DNA of 64,000 nt, from assembly GCA_963924565.1 (NCBI GenBank), contig OZ004608.1, forward strand, positions 4,960,001-5,024,000, given 5' to 3'. Shown piece by piece: positions 12,561-26,436 of this stretch. Position 1 is the first letter of the stretch; every line of letters starts with the position of its first letter. Under the pieces are notes generated by a model. That model did no database searches. It was given only the letters and a program-made list of their open reading frames with translations, and was not told where the DNA came from. A program made the position numbers and the translations under genes. The stretch is from Ascidiella aspersa (taxonomy: Eukaryota).

Positions 12561-12953
12561 AAGTATTGTTTTTCATCAATCATATTAGAACCATACGGCA
12601 AACGCTAATTGTATTGCATTTTTATTTGTTGTTAAGGTTATGGACTTTTTCAATTCGGGCTTTAAAGGACATCGGTTAAATTGGCAGGGTCAGTCATTCA
12701 CGGCCCCCAAAAGTCGAAGGGAATAGTTTCCTTTGGCCTCAACATGTACAATACTACCCTCAACGGCTTCATTAAACATTAATATATTGAATAAGTCAAT
12801 CTTCATGAAAATCATTATGCCAAATCTTATCCAAACCCTTCCCACTCAAATCCATTGTTTCATCACGAAGGGTGTTTGTTCTGAAACGCAAATGCGAGCA
12901 GGTCACGTGGGTTTGAGCAAGGCTACGACTTTTGATGTGTGTGAGAGTTAGGT

Positions 12954-13257
12954 CAGTGTTTCTCAGCCTTTTATGGCTAGCGGCGCCCCTCTGAAATAAT
13001 GAATAGATTGCGGCACCCCTAAAATAGATTTTCGTAGGTAATTCACTAGAATGTCACAATAAACGGAACTGGAACAACACACGTCAACTCTTACACAACG
13101 TAGGACGTTATAATTCGATTTGTTTCACTCAAAAAAATTGTAGGCCTAAGAGTTGATCAAAAATCATATTCTTAAGGATTCTCAAATATCTCTCGGCACC
13201 CTTGAGCATTAGAAATCGCACCCCAGGGTGCCGCGCCACCCCGGTTGAGAACCACTG
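12954..13257. mobile_element. hAT-type MITE with perfect 8-bp TSD
   Basis: TIRs CAGTGTTTCTCAGCC / GGTTGAGAACCACTG; TSD AGTTAGGT on both sides; inverted sibling at 34830-35106. Confidence 0.9.
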
Positions 13258-13663
13258 AGTTAGGTGTTTGATTGATTCAGTCGGCTCTTGCAGTTATGTT
13301 TGATATACTATTGGGTTATGGCTTGAATGTATACGCAGCCAGTAGCACTTGCCTTCTGTTCATGTCAGTGCTACTGGCTGCTGTGGCCTTTTTTCTCGCG
13401 TTTCCGTTATACCGGTCTGTAGTAGACTTCTAGCTTGTGAAGTCGCTTGCCCTGGCATATACTCAGATATACAGTTGGCTGTTGGGTTGCAAGAGCCCCC
13501 AGAGAAGCATTTGTATAACCGGCGCGTGTTTTTTGCTGTTTCGTCGAAAAGGAAGGAAACTAGAGACAATTTTGCTTTTTTCGTGTGTGTGCTTCGATTA
13601 ACTGCTGTAAAAAACAAAGATTGCAAGAAAAACCTGAAGAATTTTACCTGCAAAAGTCAAGCC

Positions 13664-16600
13664 ATGGCGTCCACAATGGCAATACCGCAGTTCTACAACT
13701 TTCCCGGGGCCATCCCAGGACCCCTACCCGGCCCCATGCCTGGACCCCTGCCCCACATTCCCATAACAACGGCGTACGGAGGACCCCATAGCAACGGAAT
13801 CCCTACCTTTCAAAACATCCCGATTCAGATGCAAGTTCCAATTGTACCAGTGGGCGGAGGCTGCTACAATGAGTAAGTCGATTATTTGTGACTTATTTTT
13901 TATAAATGTATGTTTTAAATATATTTAGGAACTTCCCAATAAGGTGCAGAATCGACTGTTTTAAATTGCAATGACAGGCAAAGTATAGTGTTCACTGTTA
14001 GCGGTTGAATAATAAAAAGTGTATTGAGGTGACTTTGATTGCTCGTAGTTACTGGTTTACTCAATATTTAATATTTAATATAATAACTTTAAACTTTTTT
14101 CGAAAAGGTCAAAACGTTTCATAACTTTAAATCGGTAATGGTTAAACGTTTAAAGAAGATTTTACCACATTGGTAAAACGTTTGGAACACAATGCACGTT
14201 TTTTTAGTAATTTCAATAAGAATTCTAAATCCATTATATTTCCATCCATCGAATATAATGGGCTAATGGCTTAAGCGTTTTCATTGAAATTAGCAAAACG
14301 TTGCATATCAAATCCTAATCGGGAGGTCGTGGTAAAATAAAGTGATATAACGGCACCATTTAACGTGAAAGAGTGGTTGGTGTCTATTTGGCGTGTACCG
14401 TTACTTTTCCTTGAAACGCCGAAATGTAATCCTACAGCTTGACAAGCGAAACAAACTCCACAGTTAAATAAGTCGTAAATGCAAGAGTTGCCAATACCCG
14501 GCGTTTTGGTAATTTGTTATTGATATAGAACACACAAGTAAGTACATAACGAAAAATGTTATTTTTACTGTAGTAAAACTTAAAGCTTTAGATTTTTTTT
14601 GATAAATTAACCAAACTGTCGTTGGGTCAATTCACTTTGTTTAAAGTATTGTGAAATATCGGCGTTAGTGTTCTAATGGCTTTGATAATGTTTTACCCAG
14701 TGACATTGTGCCACGTGTACATTTCCCTGTTTAATGCAAATTACACGGGGATCCACCTTTCTCCAGTTTAATGTGAACTTATAGTCCAATACAAATTAAA
14801 CAAGGTAAATGTGTCCCATGATACACAACGGACCGTTCTAATACTAAACTTTTAGTGATTTCAAAGTGCACTTTTTGACATTTTAAAGTAAACTGTTTTT
14901 TTTTTTTTTGTAACCAATATTTTAGTTTAAAACTGTTCGACTAAAGTTCAATAAAATTGTAAAATGAATTGCTTTTTTGCGTTTAAGTTAGATAAACCAT
15001 CAACAAAAAAGATGACAAAAATCTAGTCGGCCCTCATTTTGCATATTTAAATGGCGTACAATCGAAATGGAAAATCGAGATTTTTATAAGTAAACTGGTT
15101 AAGGTGTAAAATCATATCGTAAAAAATACAGCTTTTTTGGTCATAGAAACTGGTCAAAACACGGCCTACTTTAACGTCACAGCTTTTGTCATAAGTTGCA
15201 GCATTAGCGTCGTCCATTGTTTTTGCCTTGTGCAATCTTTTGCGACACAAAGGCCGACGATGCTTATTCATTTTGCGCAATATCTCGCGACTGCCTGTAT
15301 GACGATTTAGTGACGAATATCGGCAACGAAGAGGCTTCCACGCAAACGTTAAAAGACGCGCGTCGATTAGTTTTGCGTTAAGTCAAATACGACCTCCGGT
15401 CAATGCAGAACAGCTTACGTGTTGTAAGTGTTGACAATTTGGCAACTTTAAACCATAAAAGTAACTTTTGGGTATAGAAAAAAAAGGCAAACCAACTAAT
15501 CCCGCCCGTAGAATTTGAAAAAATATTTTTAAAACTATTTAATCCTGCAAACTTATCGAATGTAATTAAAGTGATAATGATTGATTAATAAAAACAGACA
15601 TTATCCCCTCATTAAAAGTTACACCTTAAGTATGTTAGTTTTGTATTGGATACATCTTTATTTGGGTCTTAAAAAAGTGTGCAAATTCCATGTTTCAGCT
15701 AAATTTTCTCTTTTTCTAAGCGATGCACACAATTAACTTTAGAAAATCCGTAAAGTACACTTGGCTAAACCTTTCAAACAATTAGAAAAAAACAGCCACA
15801 ACCAGCAAAGTCATGACTTTGAAAGAGTGCGTGCCAATACAACATCAAGCAGCTAACTGCAGACAAATTTTTATCAGTAAAAAATGCAGACGAAAAGTGC
15901 ACGTGGCAAATATTTTAAACATTTAATAAAAAAACAGCCAATACTGTCAAAGTTATGGCTATACTAGAGGACGTGGCAATACCGCATCGCCATAAGCTAG
16001 CTCCAGACAAAAAATTATCAGAAACTAATGCAGACGTAAAGTGTACGACTGCACGTGGCAAAAATCTTTAAACAATTAATCAAAAAAAACAGCCAATATT
16101 GTCAAAATCACGACTTTAAAAGAGGGCGTGCCAATACAGCATCCAAAGAAGGTATAGCAGCAGATGTTATCTGTCGCGCCGTACAAGCACGCTTCTATTG
16201 TCTTGGCCGGCGCCGCATCATCACCAACCTTTGGTAAGAAGGCAGGCAGGCGAACAGGCGAGCGAGCGGAGGGCTAAAGGCGGTCGTTCGATGATAGTAG
16301 GAGCTGCCTGCCTGTCTGCCTGCTTGCTTGGTGCTAAGTGCGGAAGTAGCAGACAGGAAGCCTGAAGGATAGTTTCCTCTTCGTTTCGACAGCAGCAGTG
16401 CTACTATAGCAGCAGTGCTAGGAGCTATAGGAGGCGCTCTCTATACGCAAGCGTTCATTTATTTTGGGCGCATAAGGACCGGCTTGACGTATGGAAGATG
16501 CGACGTTGTGTTTTGCCGCTTTTGCCGCTCGACGGCTTGATTTGGACAATGGTGGGGGAGAGGGGGGGGACCTATATTAGCCTGTGTTCTATTTATTTGA

Positions 16601-19600
16601 AGATAACGGTGCATTTGACTGAACAACAGTTACAGTCCCTACATTAATTCCGAATCAATTCTTAGGACAAACTTTTAGTTATACATACATACAAGTGCAA
16701 TAAAACTGCTGATTTACAACCTTTTTTAGACTTTTGAAATAGCCTTACCCATGGGAAGAACATAATGGATTTCAATTCCCCCACATTTTTGTACTCCACG
16801 CCTTGCAATCCTTTCATGATTAAACAGCACTAGGAAACGAACTTTAAATTCTGAATTAAACGATCATTAAATATGTACACATATGAAAGACAGGACCTTC
16901 TTTTTGTCATTAGGAGGCCAAAGAAGGTTATTTTCTTTCCAAAACCTTAATTTTTTGACATATCAATTTAGGGTTGAAATGGCACAAATAAATGCACTTT
17001 AAATGTTCAAAAAGGCCTTTAAGCGGTTGCATTAGATAGTTTACCTCGACAAACTTATATTTTGTAAAAGCCTACGTTCTTTCCGACTGAAGCCATTGCA
17101 CAACCACCTGAGTTTAAAATCACTGCCGAAAACCTTGTGAAAATATTGTCACTGTTTTTTTTTAATAGAAAATTAAACATTGCAAGGTACCTAGTTTTTA
17201 GCTTGCGCGTTTTGTAGCCGCATTTAAACGTACAGTTTACGGATGCGAAATTAACGTCACTATCCTACAAGGAGGTGGACATTATCATATTGTTCTGTTG
17301 TGCGTTTAGGCAGCAATGCTTAATTAGGCATAAGTAAATCGTGCAGATTTCCTTTAATTGTACATAAAAAAACAATTCTACCCATCAGTCATCACTAATC
17401 CTGTATAGTTTAATTTGTTATCTGTAGAAAACAACTCAGTACGCACCCATGTTGTCAATTGGTGCCCAAACAAACAATGTGCGCCTTTCAGCCGTTGAAA
17501 TATTTTTAATTAATCAGAATACTTGTCTATTTGTATAGCTGTGAACCAAACAAAATTCACAGACAAAAATAGCCGTTTTTTGCAATTATTAGCAACGTAA
17601 AATTCATTAATTTAGCCTTCATTTCATAAATACATAAATACATATTCGCAATAATCGTTGTTATCCCGTGTTATCCATTTGTGCAAAAAGTTAGCGTAAT
17701 TAATCTAAAAGATGTGAATTAAAACTGTTTCAAAACATTTTTTAAATCTTTCTATAAAATAGAATTAAAGAAATCCTAAAAAGGCTTCATCATAGGTTAC
17801 TTAAATATGGCAGTTAAAAGAACAACATTTCCCATCTGTGGTTGGCTTCAGGAAATTTCTATTTTAAGGGCCACTGCTGTTTTTGACAAACTTAAAATAG
17901 CTTACGCGCTATCACCAAAGCGAAACTGCAATATAGGGAAGCATTGACATATCTGCTTCAATAGAGGACTGCGGACGAAATTCCATTTATATGTTTGACC
18001 AGTTGATGCGTTGTCTGACTCTTTGTAGCTAAATTAAGTACTACAAGACCTAACCTCAGCGTTGTTCTATTTATGTACTGCCTATTGGCGCGTCCTCTGT
18101 ACGTTTTCCATGGAGCGTTCGACGAAAATCGTTATATAAGCAGCCAACGAAATTAAACGTTAATTGAAAAACGTATTTTGAGCGCAAAATTTTGGGACTG
18201 TGTATAGTCTTTCGACGTGTCTAATTAAATTTTCGCGCACAAGCAATAAATTTGTGCACGGGTGTTTCCATAAGCAGTAATAGCGCTTTGTTCAAAATCC
18301 GTTGGTTCTATTTTTTTGCATCTAAATGAAGTGCATAATTGGTGTTAGGCACATACAGTTAGGCAATATGAGACAGAAATTAAAATGTTGTTTACTCCGA
18401 CTGCGCTGTGTTTTTGTCAAAACTCATACTATATGCTAATAAAAGCAGGGAGTCGAACCGTTTGACTTTTCCGGTTCAGGTTTGGTTCGGGTTCAAAGAT
18501 TTTTCGGAATCCGGTTCAGCCCCGGTTTTGGTTTAAAGCAATTTAAAAGTTCCGGTTCAGCTCCGGTTCGGATACAATACAAGTTGCGTTAAATCTCAAA
18601 ATGTGGGTCGATAAATATAGAGAATAATCTTTGAATTGAAAGTCATTTAATCTAAGTTACGTGACGTATGAAAAAAATAGCAACTCATTATTGAAATATC
18701 TAAAAATTAAAAAAAATCAACGTTTTATTTATTCAATATTCATATATTTTTCATAAAATTTCGAACATGGCGTAAGAGTTGTGACGTCATGCTGGAGCGA
18801 ACCGCTTATATTTACAGGTTCGTGTTCGGTTCAGGTTCAGGTACTTTCAAAATTTTGGGTTCAGTTCCGGTTCGGCTCCTTAAAATCTTACAAAATCCGG
18901 TTCAGGTTCGGTTACGGTTCGGACAAAATTGACCCAAAACCGGTTCATAAAGTTCCGGTTCGGTTCCGGTTCGACTACCTGGATAAAAGTGATATTATGC
19001 TATTTGTAAAATTTTGTTTGTTTCCATTCTGATATTCCTGACAATTGGACTGCTTCGTAAAGCATTCAACCTAATTGAATGGTTAGGTCCATACCATTCG
19101 ATCCAATCCTTCTAATGTTTCCTCTTATTAAAAATGATTAGTAACTCCTATTTTTGGAAACTTGTATTACTTACTTGTTTCTAAGCTGCAAAGTTTCGAT
19201 TGTCTCTTATATCAGCAACTATGACGTCGTTAATCTTGATTGTTTTACTAAAGAACGTTTACATAATGTGGTACTGGCGTGTGCATTGAATTGATATCTA
19301 TAAGTGCTCTTTGACCTGCGGCACACCGAGAAAAATGTAATATATTAGCGGCACACTTCCAACAAAATAGAAATAATATAACCTAATAAACGCTCCTAAT
19401 ACATGACAAATGTATAGGTGAATACCATAATATAATAAGTTTGATATAGGATAGAGTGCATTTTAACCTTGCGTTGTCAAGTTACACTTTAGATCTCTCT
19501 GGGCACTCTGATGTACCCCTGTACACGGTTTGAGAATTACTCATAAATATAATTTTGTAGTATAGGCTGCCATTTTCGGTCTGTATTACACACCATTCTA

Positions 19601-22600
19601 ACCGTGTCTGTTTGTAACTCTGTGTGTCTGTCGCAGCGGCATGGAGGTGGTTTGGCACGGGGAGTTCAGTCGTCTCTTCAGCAGCTTTTACCCCCCGCAC
19701 GTCTGGTACCTCACCATCACCAACTCGGCGCCTCCCCTCAAATGGAAGTTTCACCGGGACAGCGCTAAAGTCCGCTTCTGCTGCCAGGTAAGCGACTGAT
19801 TTATATGGTTTTCATTTCTTATAGTTTTGAGGCGTGCAAAAATAAGTGATAACTGTCTGCTGTAGCCATACAGAGGTAGACCATATTTTGAGAGAATGTT
19901 GGAGAAATTTAGAAGCCATGATATGTGTTAATACCTGTAAGAGTCCATTCATAGATTTTTTTCTTTTTTTTATGCAATTAAATGATGTAGTTGAATAAAT
20001 TTAGGCTGTCTGATAGCGCTTGACAAACCCATTTTTTATTTCTTACGTTAACCTATTTGCGTATGTATAAACAACGCTATATATAATTTTATCTTTTTCG
20101 CAATGCATGGTGTTTTCAAAATAATGCTAAATGTCTTTGTCTGACTTTATTTAGTAGCTTTTGTGTGGATCTTCTTACATATTATAACAAATAAAACACG
20201 TTAAGGCGTACCTACCTACAGTAGGGCGTACCTACCTACGATATACATCACATAATACAGGCAACGGCGCGACTTATATTATGACTCGTTACACGACATA
20301 GACTAGCGTTGCGGACATGCTGCTTGCAGTCATCGGACATACATTGTTTTTTTTCAAGGGTTTTTTAAACTATCTATATGTATTAATTTTCGCTTTTTAC
20401 TCCAATTTTATCAGACGCCTTGTTTCAAACTTGGTCCTTTGCTGTCCCATAGCAATACATGTATTTTTGTTAATTTTAAATAACATTAAAACAGTAGTAT
20501 TTACTTCGACTATTTAAATTATTAGGAGTCGTTCAAGCATTTGTTTTCGTAGCCTTAAATGTCTCACATATTTTTTTGTTATTTTGCTTAACTAATGTTG
20601 AGTTGTTTATTGGGCCACGTATTTTATAAGCGGCCACAAAATATCGGGCTCGATTCGAGATTTTTGTAAATAATTGCGTATTTTGCTAGCCGCTATGAGA
20701 CTCTTTACAATTTGTAAGAATTCCTGTGTTACATAAAAAGGTGTAGGGTTGTTTATGTCATCATTGTTTGATTATATAATGCTTTTAATAGCAGCAAAGG
20801 ACAATATGCTTTTACCTACACACTTTACAAGAAGCCCTTGTCTCCCGCATTGAACTTATAGAGGCGTTTAACAGCACACTTTTAATGAATTGTGTGTTTT
20901 AATAACTGTTGTAGAACTGTCCAATTTTACCAATTTTCCTTTTTATTAATAAGGGCAAAAAATATGTGTTTTTGACCCCACATGTATTCAACAATTGTGT
21001 TGTTCATTGCACTACTTCAACATATGAATTCTTAAAAAAAAACGCAAACAAAAAAATACTTTCGCAGTTTTTAAGGAATTGTCTATTTGATTTACACCCA
21101 TTCAGCCAAATTAGCCTATCTGACCTGAATTGCTAGTTGCTGTTTTTGATCAGGATTAAGGTTGGCATTTATCTTGCAAGGGTCGAAGTGATTCTATTAT
21201 CACATGTTCAGTGTAACTACCAACAGTAGTACAAGAATACAATTGTAACACCCTATCCCCTCTAGGACTGTGGCAACGGGTGGACATCTATGAAGGGACG
21301 AGTGACCTTCTGGTTTCACCTTGATTACGCCACCAACAGCGGTTACGTTCAGTTCAAGCTTTACGGTCAGCAGTGCAAGAAGTGCAATTCTGGAAAGTTC
21401 GAATACGTAATGTGGTACCCGGAAGAGGTATCAAAAGTAAGTAAACAGAGAAACAGTTTTATTAACTACATTTTTTTAGAATATTCAGGGTTAATCACTT
21501 TTATTATTTGTAGTTGATTTTCATACAAAACCACATCGTTTGTAATAAGCATAGCTTGGTTAAAATTTGCTAAATTATTGGAATGGTTTTTGGTAGGAAA
21601 AGCGTTTCAAAAATGGCGCAACTGTTCGGCGAAAAAAAAAGAAAATGGTACTACGTGGAAATCAAACATTGCTGTAAAGTTTACTGCGCAAAAAAACTAC
21701 AAAAAGTTTAAAACTACTGCTGGAAAGAAACTTAAAACACTATGTGATAATTATAATGCGCTTCCTGCATAAAACTATATAGTTAACAGTGTTTTCCTAA
21801 ACAATTTATGTGTGGATGCGGGGGTGTTTAAATATCCAAACCAAGCAAAAAACGCTGGCCATCGAGCAAATAGCTTCGAGCCTCCAGCAGTCCATATGCT
21901 TCCTGCCAATAAGTTCATTCGGGACTTATATGCGCTGCTCTTTGCATGAGAATTTCTCGCCGATTCGCCTGCTCACTGCACGTTCTAGTCCCGGCATCCG
22001 CAAAAGGCCTCTATTCAAACGCTCTGCCGCTCCGACCGGGCGTGTTCGCAAAACTGAAACAACAAAATCTCGCAAAAACTGGGAACTCGTTCGCTTCCCA
22101 ACCTCTCTACTGTATATGTCGGTTCGGTCGGGTTTATTCGCTGCTAAAGCCAGAAACACCCCCATACGCTACTGTGACTTAATTTAATTTAAAAAGTGAT
22201 TTTTACAGTAAAGTTACCCGATAGTTGACAATTTATTCCTATACAGGTTCCCTGATATTTTGGATACCAATTATTGCGCTTCGATACGAAATGACGTCAT
22301 TACTATGCTCGAACCAATAAAAATAGAAAAAATTAAAGCTTTAGAATCTTATTTTTTCGAATTATAAGGACGGCCTGCTTTAGCTTTAAGTTATTCAGTT
22401 ACTCCACCTGTTAAGCATATACTTTTATTTAACTTTTCACATTATAATCGCTGCGTTGTATCGCAAATCCTGCCTGAAATTTTTGTATAGTTTTGGTATC
22501 GGATCGGCACCGATACCACCCTAGTATCGGACGAGAACCGATACTAACACTTGGAATCGGGTATCGACACCGATCCGATATTATCGGATATCCACATTTT

Positions 22601-25600
22601 ACACTCGAAGGGGATATTTGTCCTTGTCTCTTGCGTTAAACCCTATAACTGTGACTGTAAAACTCTTTTTTGTCAAATATTGTAGGACACATTTAAATAA
22701 AAAAAAAGCTAAATTTAAAATTAAGAGCACAATAAACAATCTAACATTCAAATCTCTACTTAACCAACAATACAGTATAGGCTCTCAAGAATATTTGTTA
22801 TATTTTTGAGATCCAATAAGAAGGGTGTACTCCAGGTAACGTAGTTTAACACTTAAACGTAGGATGTGGTGTCGAAAAAACGTTTAAAAAACCTATACAA
22901 AGGGAAAACCAACGAAAAACACTTAAAAAAGTACAATTATTTATATCATTTTGGACAATCAGCTCCGAATGATAACAATTGCGTTTCACCTTTTATAAGT
23001 GAGGTGTTACGTGTTCATCAACACTTAAACACCTAAATTAATTAATTGCCATAAGCCAAATCTTAGAGTTCATTAAGTGATTTTAGGATGTGATAAATAG
23101 GGTTTTAGATTTCGCGTTTCAGCTTTCGTTTGCCAAATATGTTCTTCAGTTACATAATATCATATTTGATGATGCAAAGTTTTCCGTATTGTTGTGTGTA
23201 AAATTCCTGAATTTCCTGCTTCAGTTCGCCTCGTTTCAAACTTGACATGAGGTTTGAATTGATTTCAGTCACATTAACGATTATGATACAAGTGCGAATC
23301 GAAACGAAAAAACTTGATGTCATTTTACCCGACCTATTTGGATTTGTCATTCATTTCCAAGCTCTATTACAGATCCTTGCATATAGTGTACCCCAGATCG
23401 GTTACTTTCGTTACATTCAGGCGTAATGCTCCCCAATTGGACTAGAAGTATTTTTGCGGGCTGCACAATCCGATTACATTCAACAAACCAGTGACAATAC
23501 TTAACCTTAAATGCCGCAACCCGCAATTGACCTGTTCGATATATTTTGCAAACCGTATAGTTGAACGAATTTTTTTAACAAATCAATTCGACTGGTTCAC
23601 ATTTTAATGCACGGCGCGTTACCGGTGTATAGTTCGGCAAATACGCCGCTGCTGACTGGGACCTTGTTTTAACCAGGCTGTTTCCTGTCAAAACAACAAG
23701 CGCGATTTTCCGTGGGACAAACACCGTTTGTTTCCCAGCAATGTTCCGTCACAGACAGCCACGCACCTTTTGTTTACGATTAAAAATCCGCAGCTGTACA
23801 CTGGGTCTGCCGTTAGGGTTTCAATCGGTTTCATGAATTTAAAACCAAGCCATTTTTCGCTGTTGCAAACTTATGTAGAACAAAGGACAATTTGTAATGA
23901 ATGATTTGCACAGTGTTGTGGTTTAATTGCGCGCTGAAAGATTAATTAATTATAGATAACAGTCTTTTTTGTGGTAATATCGGCGTCGTTTGCTGACTTT
24001 CTGCAGACGCGCAATTATAGGCTGATTAAGTGACTTGTAAAGGGAAAAGGAAATTGACGAAAACGATCGATCATCATTTTGAAAGTAAACAGATACACAA
24101 GTTCCCGTTTGGTGTAACAAAGACAATTGTCAAGTTCCTATTTATATGTAATGAAATTAACTCAACGTAAGCGGTGTTAGCAATAGTACGTTTTCTGTTT
24201 GCACTTTAAACCTTTTGACATGGCTGCTAATTAGACTGCCATAATATAAAACAACAAACATTGTAAAATAAAACATTAAACCAGTGTGTTGTAACATCAT
24301 AATAGATAGGTAATAACTAGTCTTTTGTAGCCCCTTGTCTGATGTCACCGTTTTGCACAACTCATAACAACCCATCATATTTATCTTTCTTTTGTGATAA
24401 GTTTGTTTTAATTGACGTCGGTTCTCATATAGTCGTAAATTTAAGCAGGAATCGTATCTTAAACTTGATTAATTCTTATCACCAAAACAAACTTCAAAAT
24501 AACGGCAAAGTCAATGTTTATGAAGCATTTGTGCAACCTATAATGCATTTGTTTTTGTGATATGTTGAAGTTATAATAAGGACAACTTATAGTTATAAAT
24601 TCCATCGGATAATGTTTAACATATGGGCCATAATAGAAATAAAAGTTTGATTTCTCAGACCCTAAACGTTAAACCCAGACCCTAAACGTTAAATGTATAA
24701 TAAAAGTAACTGGATGAAAAATGAAATGAAAACTCCATCTGCTGCTAAATCACCAAGTTGTTCAAACGCTTTTAACGCCTATTTTTCTTAAGGTGATGTG
24801 CAACGTGTACAACAAGGTGGGCCAGACCTACTACGGCTTCCTTCAACCACCGATTCGTATTGACAGGCGTCCAGGCCGACCCAGGAACCAGCATAACTCG
24901 GACCTATGCCAGGCGTGCAGAGACGGCGAATGCGATCAGGTAAGCAGCTATATATATAAATAAATGCAACTGAAACATTCATATACAATAATCCAACAAA
25001 ACCTCTAGCCATTACGCTCCAAAATTATATTTTTTGCGTTTACAATAAAAAGTAAAATTCTTATTTCTCCACAACGTCAAATATATTTTAGTGCAGTTAC
25101 TGGCGATCCTTGGTTGATCAAAATGTTCTAACGTAAAAAACTGTTTTTTGGGTTGAGTATAAAATTCCCGTGCTATAAGAGGAGACTGGAATAACAGTAA
25201 ACAAAGCTAATGGAAGTTCGTAAACCTGATGGTTCTGTGTCTCTGTTTTGCTGGAGTTTGCTGGGTGCTTCGTTCCGTCAATACTTCTTATCAATTCGTT
25301 AACTCGCCTGAAAATTATAACGTATACCAGTAGACTCATTAACACTCAACGCGGATGTGATAAGAGAGGATCCCTTTAAGCTAAAACACTTGGCGATAGA
25401 TTATTGATTATGCCATCATAAATGTAAACTATAAGTGAAGATAAAACCGATCTTCTTTTTTGTGATTCAAATTGATTCATGTTTACTTCGTTTTACTGTG
25501 GCATGAGGATTTCAGCGTTCAAAAAATGGAAAACCATGTCACTTTTATCGAATTCCCTGGCTTTAATGTTTTTATTAAAATTCCTTCGAACACCCGTTTA

Positions 25601-26436
25601 TTATGTTTCCGAGTCCTATTGTCATTAATAGAATTGCACTCTCTTTTCATAACAAAATACATTCTTACCTTATCCTTGCATCTCTTTCCAAATTAAACTG
25701 CATTCTCACATATTCAACTTTCGTATTCCAGGCTCGGCCCATCAAGTCCCTCTACAACCTTACCGGAATGATCCAGGCTCCACTGGCCATCCCTGCGCCA
25801 CCGGTTCCAGACAGCGTCGACTCCATCGCCACCAGCGGTTCCAGTCCCATCCCCGGTCCTGTGGTCAGTTTCAGCAGCAGTCCAGTTCCACAGGAGGTCG
25901 TAGTCAATTCGTCTTCATCGTCGTCTCCGCCGCCAGAGCCAGTCTCAAGCCGCAACATTATTACGTCACCAATTACCCTAACCGGGGGGGTACAGCCGAT
26001 CCTGACCTACTCGATCATGAGCGCGCCCCCCAAGACCGCCACCGTGACCTCCACCCCCCACTTTATCACCCCTAATCACCCCCCACAGCCCCCGCCCCCA
26101 AACGGCCACTTTGTCTATCATTCGAGCGGTTTTCCGCTGATTAACGGAGCGATTCCGGGTTTTCCGCCGCCATCAATGCTCAAACCGCCGTCAGTGGCAC
26201 CCGCCAACCTGCCACTGGCACCCGCCACCCTGTCACTAGCACCTGTCACGCTGCCAGCCAAGCAGCTTGAAGACGAAGCCGATGACATCAAAGTTGTGAT
26301 AAACAAGACATCCGAGCTGCGATTAAGCGACAAAAAGGTGGAACCCGAGTCCGCGCTTTCCGGGAAAAAGCCGGAATCGCTTCCGCAAAATGCGGAACAG
26401 GTGAACGGTGCTGTTCCGCATGAGCTTCCAGCTTAA
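13664..26436 (+). CDS. zf-3CxxC (receptor-transporting protein, RTP-like) zinc-binding domain protein, ~460 aa. Exons 13664-13872, 19637-19787, 21266-21436, 24793-24939, 25732-26436
   Basis: Joined exons (1383 nt, frame-consistent, GCCATGG start context) give a Pro/Gly-rich N-terminus, then GMEVVWHGEFSRLF...HVWYL...DSAKVRFCCQDCGNGWTSMKGRVTFWF...FKLYGQQCKKC...HNSDLCQACRDGEC, then a Pro/Ser-rich tail. F-C-CxxC-x3-W-T-S, YGQxCxxC and HxxxxCxxC are the zf-3CxxC signature of RTP/ZAR1-type domains. Confidence 0.88.
15745..16150. repeat. Degenerate ~140-150-bp tandem repeat (3 copies) in intron 1 of the zf-3CxxC gene
   Basis: Three AAAAAAACAGCCA...GCGTGCCAATAC-type units; two share TGCACGTGGCAAA. 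Confidence 0.82.
18446..18981. mobile_element. hAT-type MITE with (CCGGTT/CGGTT)n subterminal repeats
   Basis: TIRs CAGGGAGTCGAACCG / CGGTTCGACTACCTG; flanks AATAAAAG / GATAAAAG. Confidence 0.85.
22250..22595. mobile_element. CCGAT(A)-repeat MITE-like element (inverted relatives near 35279-35450 and 61230-61965)
   Basis: TATCGGATCGGCACCGATACCACCCTAGTATCGGACGAGAACCGATACTAACACTTGG matches the reverse complement of the segments near 35320 and 61270. Confidence 0.7.

Noticed and set aside
13349-13663. N-terminal extension of the 3CxxC protein suggested by the ORF track
   Set aside because: Begins at a non-ATG codon; the first ATG in good context is 13664, so the upstream part is probably 5'UTR or intron.
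11433-16150. Tandem repeats as a possible CRISPR-like array
   Set aside because: Eukaryotic context; units are degenerate whole-unit duplications without constant repeats and unique spacers; no cas genes.
18781-19032. ORF with FRFG repeats
   Set aside because: Translation of the CGGTT subterminal repeats of a MITE.
21810-22187. 125-aa ORF in intron 3 of the 3CxxC gene as a nested gene or extra exon
   Set aside because: No recognisable motif, and the 3CxxC domain is continuous without it.
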